Sequence record: LC680885.1
DNA: 64,000 nucleotides
Direction: 5' to 3' (one strand)
Shown here: one piece after another, positions 36,627 through 46,184 of the stretch
Numbering within the stretch: the first letter of the stretch is position 1
Layout of the letters: each line of letters begins with the position of its first letter
Notes under the pieces: generated by a model
What the model saw: the letters and a program-made list of their open reading frames with translations, nothing else
Told to the model about the DNA's origin: nothing
Databases searched by the model: none
Program-made: the position numbers and the translations under genes

Positions 36627-39600
36627 CTATTTCAATTCTTCTAATAAACGGTCTAATTCTTTAGTAGAAGCTAATGTATTTCTATCTATATTAGCTAACA
36701 TTCTTACTAAATCATCTGAATACCATAATTTTTCATAATCATAGGTATAACCAGAGTTACCATTTTCAATTTTAGAATTTTTATGATTGTTTACAATTTT
36801 ATTATAATGGTTAGTTACTCGGTTTTTACCTTTTATAAATTCTTTATTCACATTTTCATTATTAATGACATTACTTTGTCCATTTTGATAGTTGTTATTA
36901 ACTGTTTTAGTATTTTTACTACCTTGATTATTGACATTGTTATTACCTCTATTAATATTAGAAAAACCACTATTAGCTAATGTTGGTAATTGGAATACCG
37001 GAGGATTTCCGATATTCTTATTATTAGTTATTTGAGATCTTGATTCTTGTGGTTTAGATGGCGATGCTGAAGAATCAGAACTATCTGAAGATTCTTCATC
37101 TCCAGAATCTTCACTTCCAGATCCTGATGAACCTGATCCGGATTCAGATTTCTTCTTACCGGCTTCAGATTTTTTCTTTTCTTGTTGTTCTTGATCGATC
37201 TTTTTAGCTTCTTCATAGTCAATACCGTATATCTGAGCATAACGTTTCATTAATCTATCATTTAATTCTTCTTGCTCGTCTTCATCCATACGGTTATCAT
37301 CACGACCAGTTATTGAACCATACCAAGTACCATTTTTGAAACTATATTCTGAAGCTCCTGGACCTGATTCACTATTTCCTTCTTTATCATCTTCATCACT
37401 TTTAGAAGCAGAAGAACTAGATCCTCCTCCGCCAATAGTCTCTTTAATTGTACTTGCTAAAGCTTTCTTACCTTTACTATTCGGATGAACACCTAAACCA
37501 TCATTTTCAATCATATCAGAACTGGCTTTACTATTCCAGTCTATTACTTTTGAATCTGAACTTTCAATAGCTTTATTAGTTGCTTCAATAATATCAGAAA
37601 TATCAGATCCTTTTCTCTTTTCAGGATCTACATACGTATTAACAAAGTATACATCTGCTTTGTCATACATATCTTCTATTTCTTTAACATTACCTGTAGT
37701 TAATCCTCCATTAGTACCTAATTGCACTATAATTGCATTTTTATCTTTATTGTATTTCTTTTTGTTGGATTCTAATACATTTTTACCATTAGGCGAAGGA
37801 CCTCCACTTGAATAAGTTCTTGAAGGAACTGCATTAATTTGAATTTTACTAACTGATTTTCTTATTTCAGAAGCAGCTCCTGCACCTATGGAGTCACCTA
37901 CCATAAATACTTTATTGTAGGATTTACCTCCACCGCCTCCACCAGTTACCGTTTTAGCTATTTTTCTAATGGCTTCAGGAGTATTACTGAATGGAAATCT
38001 ATCTTTAATAAAATTATCAACTCGTTTTTTAATCTTCTTAATATTGTATATATCTGAATTGTAAATCTTAGTTTTTTCTTTTTCTGCCTTTTCTTCAGTT
38101 TTCTTCTGATTATTTTCTAATTTATTTAAAAGAGCTCTATCATTTCTTACTTCTTTAGCTCTTTGTCTTTTAGCTTCTTTGACTTCTTGTGATTTATAAC
38201 CACCGTCTACCATTTTTACAGTAGGATCAAATGCAGCTCCACCTTTTTTACCTTTTTTAGATTTTCCAGCTTTACTACCTTTGTCTTCATCACTACCGCC
38301 TTTAGAACCTTTTAAAGGAGCTTTAATCCAAGGTGATGGATCTACAGAGTTTTTCTCCATAGCCCAACCGCCTGGTTTACCTTTATTTATTTGGAAGTGA
38401 AGGTGACCTGAACCAGCAGTATTAGCACCAGTGTTACCTGAGATTGCTATAACTTGTCCAATTTTAACTTTATCGCCCTTTTTAACTAATTGTTTAGTTA
38501 AATGCATATACGTACTATAGATGTTACCAGGTGATTTAACTTGAACAATATTACCTCCACCCGGATCGGTGTTTGATCTAATAACTGTACCTTCTACCAT
38601 ACATTTAACTTTTTGACCTGGAAGCATACCTATATCAATACCATAGTGCTTTCCTCCGTTAAATGATAAACCAGAATAGTTACCATATGGTTGCCAAATC
38701 GCAGCACTTGGTATTTTTTTCATCCAAGCACCAACTGTGCCATCTGGTATTTGATTAATAGAACCAGGTACAATTTTCTTAGTATTCATATCTACTTCGC
38801 CAGCTTCACCTGAAACTTCAGGTTCACCGTCTCCACCAGAATCGCCACCACTGGAATTTTTCATTTTAGACATTGCAACAACCATTTCTTCCATTTTAAC
38901 TAAGAAACGACTGAACCAATCTCCGATTTCTCCTTTACCATATTTAGAGAAATCAATTCCGCCTTTAGCTATTTGATACAAACTACCTAGAGGTGTACTC
39001 ATGAACATATCTTTTTGAATATCTTCTTCAGCTTTTGGTCCTGATTTCATTTTATTATCAGTAATTGTTTTAAACATATCTCCACCAACTTTAGCTAGTG
39101 GGAACATAGGAGATGCTCTAAACATTAGTTTAGAAGTACTTAATATTAATCTACCTAAACCTGTTTGATCTTCAGTATGTTTTTCTTCTTTACTTTTAGC
39201 TTCATCTTCTATTTTATCACCAGGATGTTCACCAATTCCGAAGAAACTACCTAATGTTTTAATTGGATGTTTTAATGATTCTATAGGATGTTTAATAGTT
39301 TTAATGATATCAGGAGCCCACATTGCTGCACCAATTACTGGTCCAACAAATGGTATGAATGGTAAGGCTGTTTTCAAACCTGCTTTTAATGCAAATTTTC
39401 CTCCAGCTTTCATTGCACCTTTACCAAATAATTTATTTTTAGCTTTACCTATAGCACCAAAAGCTTTTCCTCCAAGTTTCTTAGCTCCACCGAATAAACC
39501 TTTACCGATAGATTTAGCTCTGTTAAAACCTTTAGAAGCAAATTTACTTATTCCTTTAGTTGCAGCTGAAGCATTCTTTTTATTAAATATTTTAGATATA

Positions 39601-42600
39601 CCACTTTTAGCTACTTTTCCTATAGTTTTACCGGCACTTAATCCTTTTTTAACTAATCCTGCACCTTTACCTATAACCATTTTACCTAAAGATTTAACAG
39701 AAGGTAATTTATCTTTAGCAAATTTTCCAATACCTTTAAATACATTACCTATTTTTTTAGGAGCACCTTTAATACCTCTAAATAATTTTCCTAATCCAAA
39801 TTTTCCAGCTATATTTTTAATTCCGCCACCTATTTTACCTAACATGCCAGGCATACTAGTAAAGAATTTACCTATTCCGCTTGGTAATAATTTAGATAAT
39901 AATTTAGGTCCAAATTTAGCAGCTAAGAATCCTCCAGCACCCAACATTGCAGCGTTACCTAAGAATCCTCCAGCAGATGCTAAGAATCCTTTCTTACCAG
40001 GTTCTAGATCTTTTTTACCATTTTTACCTTTCATTAATGAACCTAATACAGCTGCAGAAGTTCCAGCAAATAAAACTGGCCCCATTTTACTAAAATCAAG
40101 CATACCATTCATCATTTTTTTAGCACCAATGGATTTTTCAGCTTCTCCACCTTTTCCAAAGTTTATATTGCCTCTAATGGATTCAGCAATTTCTTTTTTA
40201 TTGGAACCTGTTATTTTAGACATAACATCTTCCCCAGATTTTCCTGCATCGGCAGTTGAAAGGCCTTGTTTCATTCTTTCTAAAGCTCCAGCATCTTGAG
40301 AATCTTCCATATCTTTTTTAATAGTTGGATCATTGCCAAAAGCAGTTTTAACTAAATCGATTATTGTACTCTTAGCTTTCTTTTCTTTTTCCTCTCTAGT
40401 TAAATCATCTATCGTTTTGCTTGGTTCTTTAGTGTAAGCATCTTTATTAGCTTCATTATTATTAATTGATAATTTATTTAAACCAGGAATATTCTTCATT
40501 AAATCCATTAATGGATTATTATCTATAATACTAGATTGATTTATATTCTGATAAGGATATTCATCATCTTGATCTGGTTGAGTATTTTCTTGAGTTGAAT
40601 TAACTCTACTAGATGCAGAAGAAACCATATCTTTAATAGCACTTGTAGGATTTTCTTTGTATTCTTTAGCTTTACTAACAGCATTAGAAAGACTATTTAA
40701 TTTATCCATTACAGAAGCATGAGCTTCATTATTTCCGTTATTTCCACTTAGAATAGGGAAACTTTTACCTTTATCTATGATACTATTGATCGTATTAACT
40801 TTATTATTAATAAATTCTTTATTATTATTAATATTATCATTACTGAAATTATTATCTAATTTTCTTTCTATTTCTAAGAAAATATTTTTAATTTCTTCTA
40901 AATCACTATTTTCCCAGTTAATATTACCAAAATCTTTAATCTGATTAATATTATCATTATTATTAGATCTAGAATAAGTCGAATTAGATTTATTTAAACC
41001 TTCTATTTCAGTAAATGCCATTATTCTTGAATTATCTTTTTTATCAAGTGTTTTTGAAATAGATTTCTTAATATTGAATAAATCAGTATTAAATTTAGCT
41101 GAATTCTTTTCAAACACTTCAGATAATGACTCAGTATTAACATTTATATTTTTCTGATTAACTATTTCTTTAAGTTTAGAAGTTTTTTGGATAGGTTTGT
41201 CTATTTTAGTTAATTCAGCTAAAACTTCTTTAGTTCTTTCTTCATCATTATCTAATTTAGATAATAATTCTTTACCTAAATAAGTATCTTTAAAATTAAA
41301 TAACGAATCTGATTTAATCTTATCCAAATCTTTTTTCTTAGCCGAACCTCGATTTTCCCAAACACCTTTTCGGTAATTATAGATACTACCTAATTCAGCA
41401 TTATCTGCTAATCCGCCTGAACGACCTTCTTTTTTGGCTATCAAATTACCTTGAAGTCTAGATAAGAAGTCTGGTATAACTTTATTAATAGACGTATGAG
41501 ATTCCATATCAAATTGAACAGGAGTATCTTTTTTACGTTTATTTTTTAGAGAAATTCCACCCTTACCATCACCTAATACTTCTTCTTTAAATTGATCTAA
41601 TCTACCTGAAAGAGCATTTCCTAAATTAGATATATACTTATTATCATTACCAGTTAATCTTTCTAAACCTTTAGTAAGTTTACTATCTTCATCAAGATTT
41701 CTATTAATAAGCATAGAACCTATATTTTGTGGATCAAATCTTTTATTCAATCTATTAAATATATTTTTATTATCGCCTTCAGGATCATAACCACCAATAT
41801 CACCGTAAAGAAGCTTATTAAATGCAATTTTAGCTCCTTGAGTTGCAGCAAATTCAATAGGATTTTTAGCTACACCCATTAACATTGATTTAAGTTGGTC
41901 TCCTGACATCATACCCATTAATAAATTTTCAGGATTAGTTTTCTCATCCAAATATTTTAATAAACTAATATTACCATTCAATATAGAATGTAATTTACTT
42001 TGTTTATTTCTTTTGGTATTTTCTTCCATTATTGTATTTTGATATATACCATCCTGTATTGTACTTAAATTTGATAAAGCTGAATCTACGAGACTGTTAG
42101 TTGCTTGCATTGATAAAGAATAATTATTCAGTGCAATATTTGTTCCAACAAATCCTCTTTGATTTATCTCAGCTAAATTATTCATTGCTACTAGAGGTGA
42201 ATTTGTTATTTTAGATTTCTTTTTATCTGATAAACTAACAATTTCAGATTTAGTCCCATCAGGATTATCAATATATTCTGTTACTGATTCATATTCAGGT
42301 TTTTCATTAGATAATTTTTCATTACTACTTGAAAAAAGATCATTTTCATTAGATTTATTTTTTAGTGTTTTTAATAAATCATTAGTAGAACCTTTAACTT
42401 CAGAAAATTTCTTTAATCTTCTTTCATCATTGTTGAATAATTTTAAACCTGAATCTCCCACTATAGCATCTAATGATGGATTAGATTTTATAAACGCATT
42501 AAAAAGAATACGACCAGTATTTTTAGAAGCATTTTTAATGACAGTTGATTTATTATTATTTTCTAATTGTCTAATATTCTTTTTATTTCTATTATTTTTA

Positions 42601-42605
42601 GCCAA
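36627..42605 (-). CDS. Giant tail-associated protein: M23 (LytM/lysostaphin-like) endopeptidase plus OatA-C-like SGNH hydrolase
   Basis: PYGNY...GGKHYGIDI...YMHL...GHLHFQ (about 38325-38700); FMVGDS...QLGTNG...DVYFV...IDW...DGLGVHP (about 37440-37920). Confidence 0.85.
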   Translation of the reverse strand: MAKNNRNKKNIRQLENNNKSTVIKNASKNTGRILFNAFIKSNPSLDAIVGDSGLKLFNNDERRLKKFSEVKGSTNDLLKTLKNKSNENDLFSSSNEKLSNEKPEYESVTEYIDNPDGTKSEIVSLSDKKKSKITNSPLVAMNNLAEINQRGFVGTNIALNNYSLSMQATNSLVDSALSNLSTIQDGIYQNTIMEENTKRNKQSKLHSILNGNISLLKYLDEKTNPENLLMGMMSGDQLKSMLMGVAKNPIEFAATQGAKIAFNKLLYGDIGGYDPEGDNKNIFNRLNKRFDPQNIGSMLINRNLDEDSKLTKGLERLTGNDNKYISNLGNALSGRLDQFKEEVLGDGKGGISLKNKRKKDTPVQFDMESHTSINKVIPDFLSRLQGNLIAKKEGRSGGLADNAELGSIYNYRKGVWENRGSAKKKDLDKIKSDSLFNFKDTYLGKELLSKLDNDEERTKEVLAELTKIDKPIQKTSKLKEIVNQKNINVNTESLSEVFEKNSAKFNTDLFNIKKSISKTLDKKDNSRIMAFTEIEGLNKSNSTYSRSNNNDNINQIKDFGNINWENSDLEEIKNIFLEIERKLDNNFSNDNINNNKEFINNKVNTINSIIDKGKSFPILSGNNGNNEAHASVMDKLNSLSNAVSKAKEYKENPTSAIKDMVSSASSRVNSTQENTQPDQDDEYPYQNINQSSIIDNNPLMDLMKNIPGLNKLSINNNEANKDAYTKEPSKTIDDLTREEKEKKAKSTIIDLVKTAFGNDPTIKKDMEDSQDAGALERMKQGLSTADAGKSGEDVMSKITGSNKKEIAESIRGNINFGKGGEAEKSIGAKKMMNGMLDFSKMGPVLFAGTSAAVLGSLMKGKNGKKDLEPGKKGFLASAGGFLGNAAMLGAGGFLAAKFGPKLLSKLLPSGIGKFFTSMPGMLGKIGGGIKNIAGKFGLGKLFRGIKGAPKKIGNVFKGIGKFAKDKLPSVKSLGKMVIGKGAGLVKKGLSAGKTIGKVAKSGISKIFNKKNASAATKGISKFASKGFNRAKSIGKGLFGGAKKLGGKAFGAIGKAKNKLFGKGAMKAGGKFALKAGLKTALPFIPFVGPVIGAAMWAPDIIKTIKHPIESLKHPIKTLGSFFGIGEHPGDKIEDEAKSKEEKHTEDQTGLGRLILSTSKLMFRASPMFPLAKVGGDMFKTITDNKMKSGPKAEEDIQKDMFMSTPLGSLYQIAKGGIDFSKYGKGEIGDWFSRFLVKMEEMVVAMSKMKNSSGGDSGGDGEPEVSGEAGEVDMNTKKIVPGSINQIPDGTVGAWMKKIPSAAIWQPYGNYSGLSFNGGKHYGIDIGMLPGQKVKCMVEGTVIRSNTDPGGGNIVQVKSPGNIYSTYMHLTKQLVKKGDKVKIGQVIAISGNTGANTAGSGHLHFQINKGKPGGWAMEKNSVDPSPWIKAPLKGSKGGSDEDKGSKAGKSKKGKKGGAAFDPTVKMVDGGYKSQEVKEAKRQRAKEVRNDRALLNKLENNQKKTEEKAEKEKTKIYNSDIYNIKKIKKRVDNFIKDRFPFSNTPEAIRKIAKTVTGGGGGGKSYNKVFMVGDSIGAGAASEIRKSVSKIQINAVPSRTYSSGGPSPNGKNVLESNKKKYNKDKNAIIVQLGTNGGLTTGNVKEIEDMYDKADVYFVNTYVDPEKRKGSDISDIIEATNKAIESSDSKVIDWNSKASSDMIENDGLGVHPNSKGKKALASTIKETIGGGGSSSSASKSDEDDKEGNSESGPGASEYSFKNGTWYGSITGRDDNRMDEDEQEELNDRLMKRYAQIYGIDYEEAKKIDQEQQEKKKSEAGKKKSESGSGSSGSGSEDSGDEESSDSSDSSASPSKPQESRSQITNNKNIGNPPVFQLPTLANSGFSNINRGNNNVNNQGSKNTKTVNNNYQNGQSNVINNENVNKEFIKGKNRVTNHYNKIVNNHKNSKIENGNSGYTYDYEKLWYSDDLVRMLANIDRNTLASTKELDRLLEELK
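37141..37361. repeat. 221-nt module copy B
   Basis: About 90% identical to 31658-31878. Confidence 0.9.
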
Positions 42606-42638
42606 ACTTCAAATTCACCCCTAACATGATTTTCTTAA

Positions 42639-42650
42639 TACATATATGTT
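42639..42650 (-). promoter_or_regulatory. Putative late promoter of the giant tail operon
   Basis: AACAtatatgTA on the minus strand, 34 nt upstream of TTG 42605. Confidence 0.6.
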
Positions 42651-42697
42651 TCTATCAGATTCATATAGATTAAATTAAAGGATAAAAAAAATAAAAT

Positions 42698-42749
42698 ATT
42701 CACCCTAACACAAATAATCCAATTAAGGACTAAATGTGTTAGGGTGAAT
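42698..42749 (-). terminator. Intrinsic terminator of the HU/NTPase operon
   Basis: 15-bp stem attcaccctaacaca/tgtgttagggtgaat with a T-tract on the minus strand. Confidence 0.75.
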
Positions 42750-42754
42750 TAATA

Positions 42755-43423
42755 TTATTTATTCTTGACTACATCTTGTATTTTATTCAATACACTATCT
42801 AAATTTTTAGTATAAACTAAATTAGTAAATAATACATCTAATAAAAATACTATCGTTTTATGAGTGATATAAAATAAATTATTAACTATTTTATCTTGTT
42901 CTTCTTCGCTAATTTCTTCTTTATCTTGATGATATTTTCTATTAGGTAATGAACGTCTACTTAATCCCATATATTCAACTAAATATTCATTTAATTTCGT
43001 TTTAATATCATCAAGTCTATCATAATCACTAATACTCTTATCGTTAGCTAAAAGAAGAGTTTTGTTATAATCGATATTACTTGTTTGAAGAAATTTATTG
43101 TCCATATATTTACTTAATAATGTTGAATTGATAGATATTAAGTAAAGAATAATATCTAATAATTCTTTTGATGCATTATTAATATATTCAAACTTCTGAG
43201 ACTGATTGTATTCAGGATTATTAGTAATTTGATTTATTTCATAATTAAATTCATGAATTTCTTCAACTATTTGAGGTATGAATCTATCTACCATTTGATG
43301 TAATTCCTCATTACCAAAATCGTAACGAGAAATTACATTTACATGATTTATATACATAGCACTTATATCTAATTCAATAGATTCTCTTTTCTTATAAAAA
43401 TGTTTCATTGACAATTCCTCCAT
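42755..43423 (-). CDS. All-alpha NTP pyrophosphatase-like protein (dimeric dUTPase/MazG-like)
   Basis: IVEEIHEF and KELLDIILYL acidic helical motifs; substrate not inferable. Confidence 0.4.
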   Translation of the reverse strand: MEELSMKHFYKKRESIELDISAMYINHVNVISRYDFGNEELHQMVDRFIPQIVEEIHEFNYEINQITNNPEYNQSQKFEYINNASKELLDIILYLISINSTLLSKYMDNKFLQTSNIDYNKTLLLANDKSISDYDRLDDIKTKLNEYLVEYMGLSRRSLPNRKYHQDKEEISEEEQDKIVNNLFYITHKTIVFLLDVLFTNLVYTKNLDSVLNKIQDVVKNK

Positions 43424-43437
43424 GTTTTTAATTGGTC

Positions 43438-44349
43438 TTATCTAAAACGTTTTTTGTATTCTTCTTCATATTTAGCATTGACATCTGAAACTTTAATATC
43501 TTTACCATCATCTGTTTTAAAGTTATCTTTATCAATTTCTTCACCTTTAATTACTTCTTTATCTTCATTTTCTACTTTAGCTACCATAGCAATATGAGGT
43601 GGTACAAATGATGCTTGTTTAACTGTTTCCATTTTAGCATTATGAATACGACCTTTAATTAATTTACGAGAGAAATGTACATTTTTCATAGTTAATGTTT
43701 TACCTTTAACTAATGCATTTTCTCTAAGTGCATCAATTTCATTAATAATATCACTTAATTCTTTTTTAGAATATCTATTATCTTCTAGATTTGTTACTAA
43801 GTCATTAATAAGTTCTTCTTTAGTATAAGATTTCTCACTGAATTTTTTAACATTTTTCTTTCTACTAGTCATTTTCTTTTTACCAACCTTCTGATTTGAT
43901 TTAGTTTTTGTACTTTGTTTCTTTTCTTTTAATACTGGATTCTTAACTTCTTCTTTAGTCTCTTCTTGCTTAGTTTCTACTTTATCCTCTTCTTGTTTAG
44001 TTTCTTTTTGCTTAATTTCTTTTGCTTTCTCTGGATTTAAACCTGAAGCTGTTACAGTTACTTTATCATAAGAACTTTCTGTTGGAATATCCTTAAGATT
44101 AATTTCAACATCTTTAAGTTCATCTGAATTGATGAAAATTTCTTTTTTATCATAATTAATCTTAATAACATCATCATCTTCAGGAATTAAAACTAAATTC
44201 TTTCTGTCATATTTCTCTGGAATAGTTTCGATATCAAATGTAATTGTATCTCCTTCATATCCTTGTTCTTCTGATAATTTAATCTTAGCTGACTCTAATA
44301 CAGTTAAATCCTCTTTTTCTTTTGTAACTTTCTTTCTTGTAATTGCCAT
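43438..44349 (-). CDS. HU/IHF-like DNA-binding protein with long charged N-terminal extension
   Basis: C-terminal YTKEELINDL...SKKELSDIINEI...ALVKGKTLTM...FSRKLIKGR...VPPH matches the HU fold; ATG 44349 fits the RBS better than TTG 44355. Confidence 0.65.
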   Translation of the reverse strand: MAITRKKVTKEKEDLTVLESAKIKLSEEQGYEGDTITFDIETIPEKYDRKNLVLIPEDDDVIKINYDKKEIFINSDELKDVEINLKDIPTESSYDKVTVTASGLNPEKAKEIKQKETKQEEDKVETKQEETKEEVKNPVLKEKKQSTKTKSNQKVGKKKMTSRKKNVKKFSEKSYTKEELINDLVTNLEDNRYSKKELSDIINEIDALRENALVKGKTLTMKNVHFSRKLIKGRIHNAKMETVKQASFVPPHIAMVAKVENEDKEVIKGEEIDKDNFKTDDGKDIKVSDVNAKYEEEYKKRFR

Positions 44350-44401
44350 ATCCAAATCTCTCCTTATATAAAATAATTTGAAGCTAATATTCTTACTAAC
44401 T

Positions 44402-44423
44402 TCATTAAAATAATATATATTTA
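44402..44423 (-). promoter_or_regulatory. Putative early promoter TAAATATATATTATTTTAATGA
   Basis: 22 nt identical to 50536-50557 (+); contains TATATTAT. Confidence 0.65.
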
Positions 44424-44701
44424 TATTATTAATTGAAGTTTATAAATTTTTATTATTAGAGTTTTTCTATGATCCAGAGTATTAATATATTTTATTAATT
44501 AAAAATATATTTATTAATAATATTTATATTAATATTAATTATTAAATTTATAATTACTTACTAATATAAGTAATATATTAATACAAAATTTTAAAAATTT
44601 ATAAATAAAAATTTTATAAAATCTGAATAACCAATTTATATTAATTAAAAAATCAATGACGTTTAAAAATATAATAAATTTGATTGAGGTGTATTAAGAT
44701 A

Positions 44702-45910
44702 ATGGGTTTAAATAAAAAACAAGAAGAAGGATTAAGATTAGCTAAAGAATGGTATAATAATGATAGTCATAGACCTTTTGTATTATCAGGTATTGCTGGA
44801 AGTGGGAAGTCATTTACAATGACTAAAATAATTGATTCTTTAGGCTTACATGAAGCTAATGTTTCTTTTATAGCATATACAGGAATGGCTGCAGGTGTAT
44901 TAGTCAAAAGAGGTTTGAATGCTACTACAATCCATAGAACTATTTATAATCATTTTATGGATGAAAAAACTGGTAAAGTGAATTTTAGATTAAAAGATGA
45001 ATTACCGAGAGATATTAAATTAATAATTATAGACGAAGTTTCAATGGTTCCTATGAAGATGATAGAAGAAATTCAAAGTTTTGGAATACCTATACTATGT
45101 TTAGGAGATCCAGCACAGCTTAAAAGTTTATCAGGAAGAAATGAATTACTAGATAAACCTGATATATTCTTAGATGAACCAGTAAGACAATCATTAGATA
45201 ATCCTATACTTGTTGCAGCTAATTTAGTTCGTAATGGTAAAGATTTAGAATATGGTTCATATGGAGATAATGTACATGTAATTACTTCAGATGAATTGAC
45301 TTTAGATATGTATCAGAATGCAGATCAAGTTCTAATGAGCTATAATAGAACAGTGGATCAATTTAATAGATTCTATAGAAGTCAAATATTAAATATTGAT
45401 GTTGAAAATAATCCATTTCCTAAAGAAGATGAAAAAATTATTTGTCTAAAGAATAATTGGTCTAAAGTAGTTAATGAAGGTAATATAACTCAGTACTTAA
45501 CTAATGGTTTGATTGGTAATATAACTAGATCTGGTAAAAAGAAACCTATGACTAAATCAACTCAGTTGGATTTTAAACCTAAAGGTTTTGAATTAGAAAG
45601 GTTTAGTAGAATATATTACGATGATTTAATTTTTGAAGGTACTATTGGAGATCAACAAGAACTATTTGATTTAAGATTCAAAGATAATGAAATTAATAAA
45701 ATATTTAAGAAACGATATGTAACTGAAATGTCTGATTTTGGTATGAAAGTAAATCCATTTAATTTTGCATACGGAATTACTATTCATAAATCTCAAGGTT
45801 CTGAATTTGATAATGTAATAGTATTTAGTGAAAATATGAGTAAAGATAGATTCAAGTCATTATATACAGCTATTACTCGTGCTAAAAAGAATTTGATTGT
45901 AGTTCAATAA
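44702..45910 (+). CDS. RecD/Dda-like SF1B helicase
   Basis: GIAGSGKS, IIIDEVSMV, LGDPAQL, YGITIHKSQGSEF, YTAITRAK; GAGGTG RBS supports ATG 44702. Confidence 0.92.
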   Translation: MGLNKKQEEGLRLAKEWYNNDSHRPFVLSGIAGSGKSFTMTKIIDSLGLHEANVSFIAYTGMAAGVLVKRGLNATTIHRTIYNHFMDEKTGKVNFRLKDELPRDIKLIIIDEVSMVPMKMIEEIQSFGIPILCLGDPAQLKSLSGRNELLDKPDIFLDEPVRQSLDNPILVAANLVRNGKDLEYGSYGDNVHVITSDELTLDMYQNADQVLMSYNRTVDQFNRFYRSQILNIDVENNPFPKEDEKIICLKNNWSKVVNEGNITQYLTNGLIGNITRSGKKKPMTKSTQLDFKPKGFELERFSRIYYDDLIFEGTIGDQQELFDLRFKDNEINKIFKKRYVTEMSDFGMKVNPFNFAYGITIHKSQGSEFDNVIVFSENMSKDRFKSLYTAITRAKKNLIVVQ

Positions 45911-45930
45911 TATGTATAAGGATGATATAA

Positions 45931-46182
45931 GTGGATAATAATAATGTAAGTAGTAAAATCAATAAAAATCAATTACAAACAGCAATGAATAATATGTCTA
46001 AAAATATAAATGGTATAAGTAGAAAGATAACAGGACAAGATAAAATTGATGAAATTAATAAACTTAAAAGAGAAAATGAAGAATTACATCGTTTTCTCTT
46101 TAAGATCTATCAAGATGATGAATTTGATAGGAAAGAATTGAAGAAAATTATATTTAAAGATGTAAATAAAAAATTTAAATAA
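45931..46182 (+). CDS. Small coiled-coil protein, KENFK-tail family variant
   Basis: 83 aa; ends KDVNKKFK. Confidence 0.7.
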   Translation: MDNNNVSSKINKNQLQTAMNNMSKNINGISRKITGQDKIDEINKLKRENEELHRFLFKIYQDDEFDRKELKKIIFKDVNKKFK

Positions 46183-46184
46183 GG

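Noticed and set aside
30753-42624. Many plus-strand ORFs opposite the giant tail genes, including the 331 aa ORF at 39304-40299
   Set aside because: Antisense mirrors of G/K/A/S-rich low-complexity coding sequence (Pro/Leu/Phe-rich), with no RBS or motif
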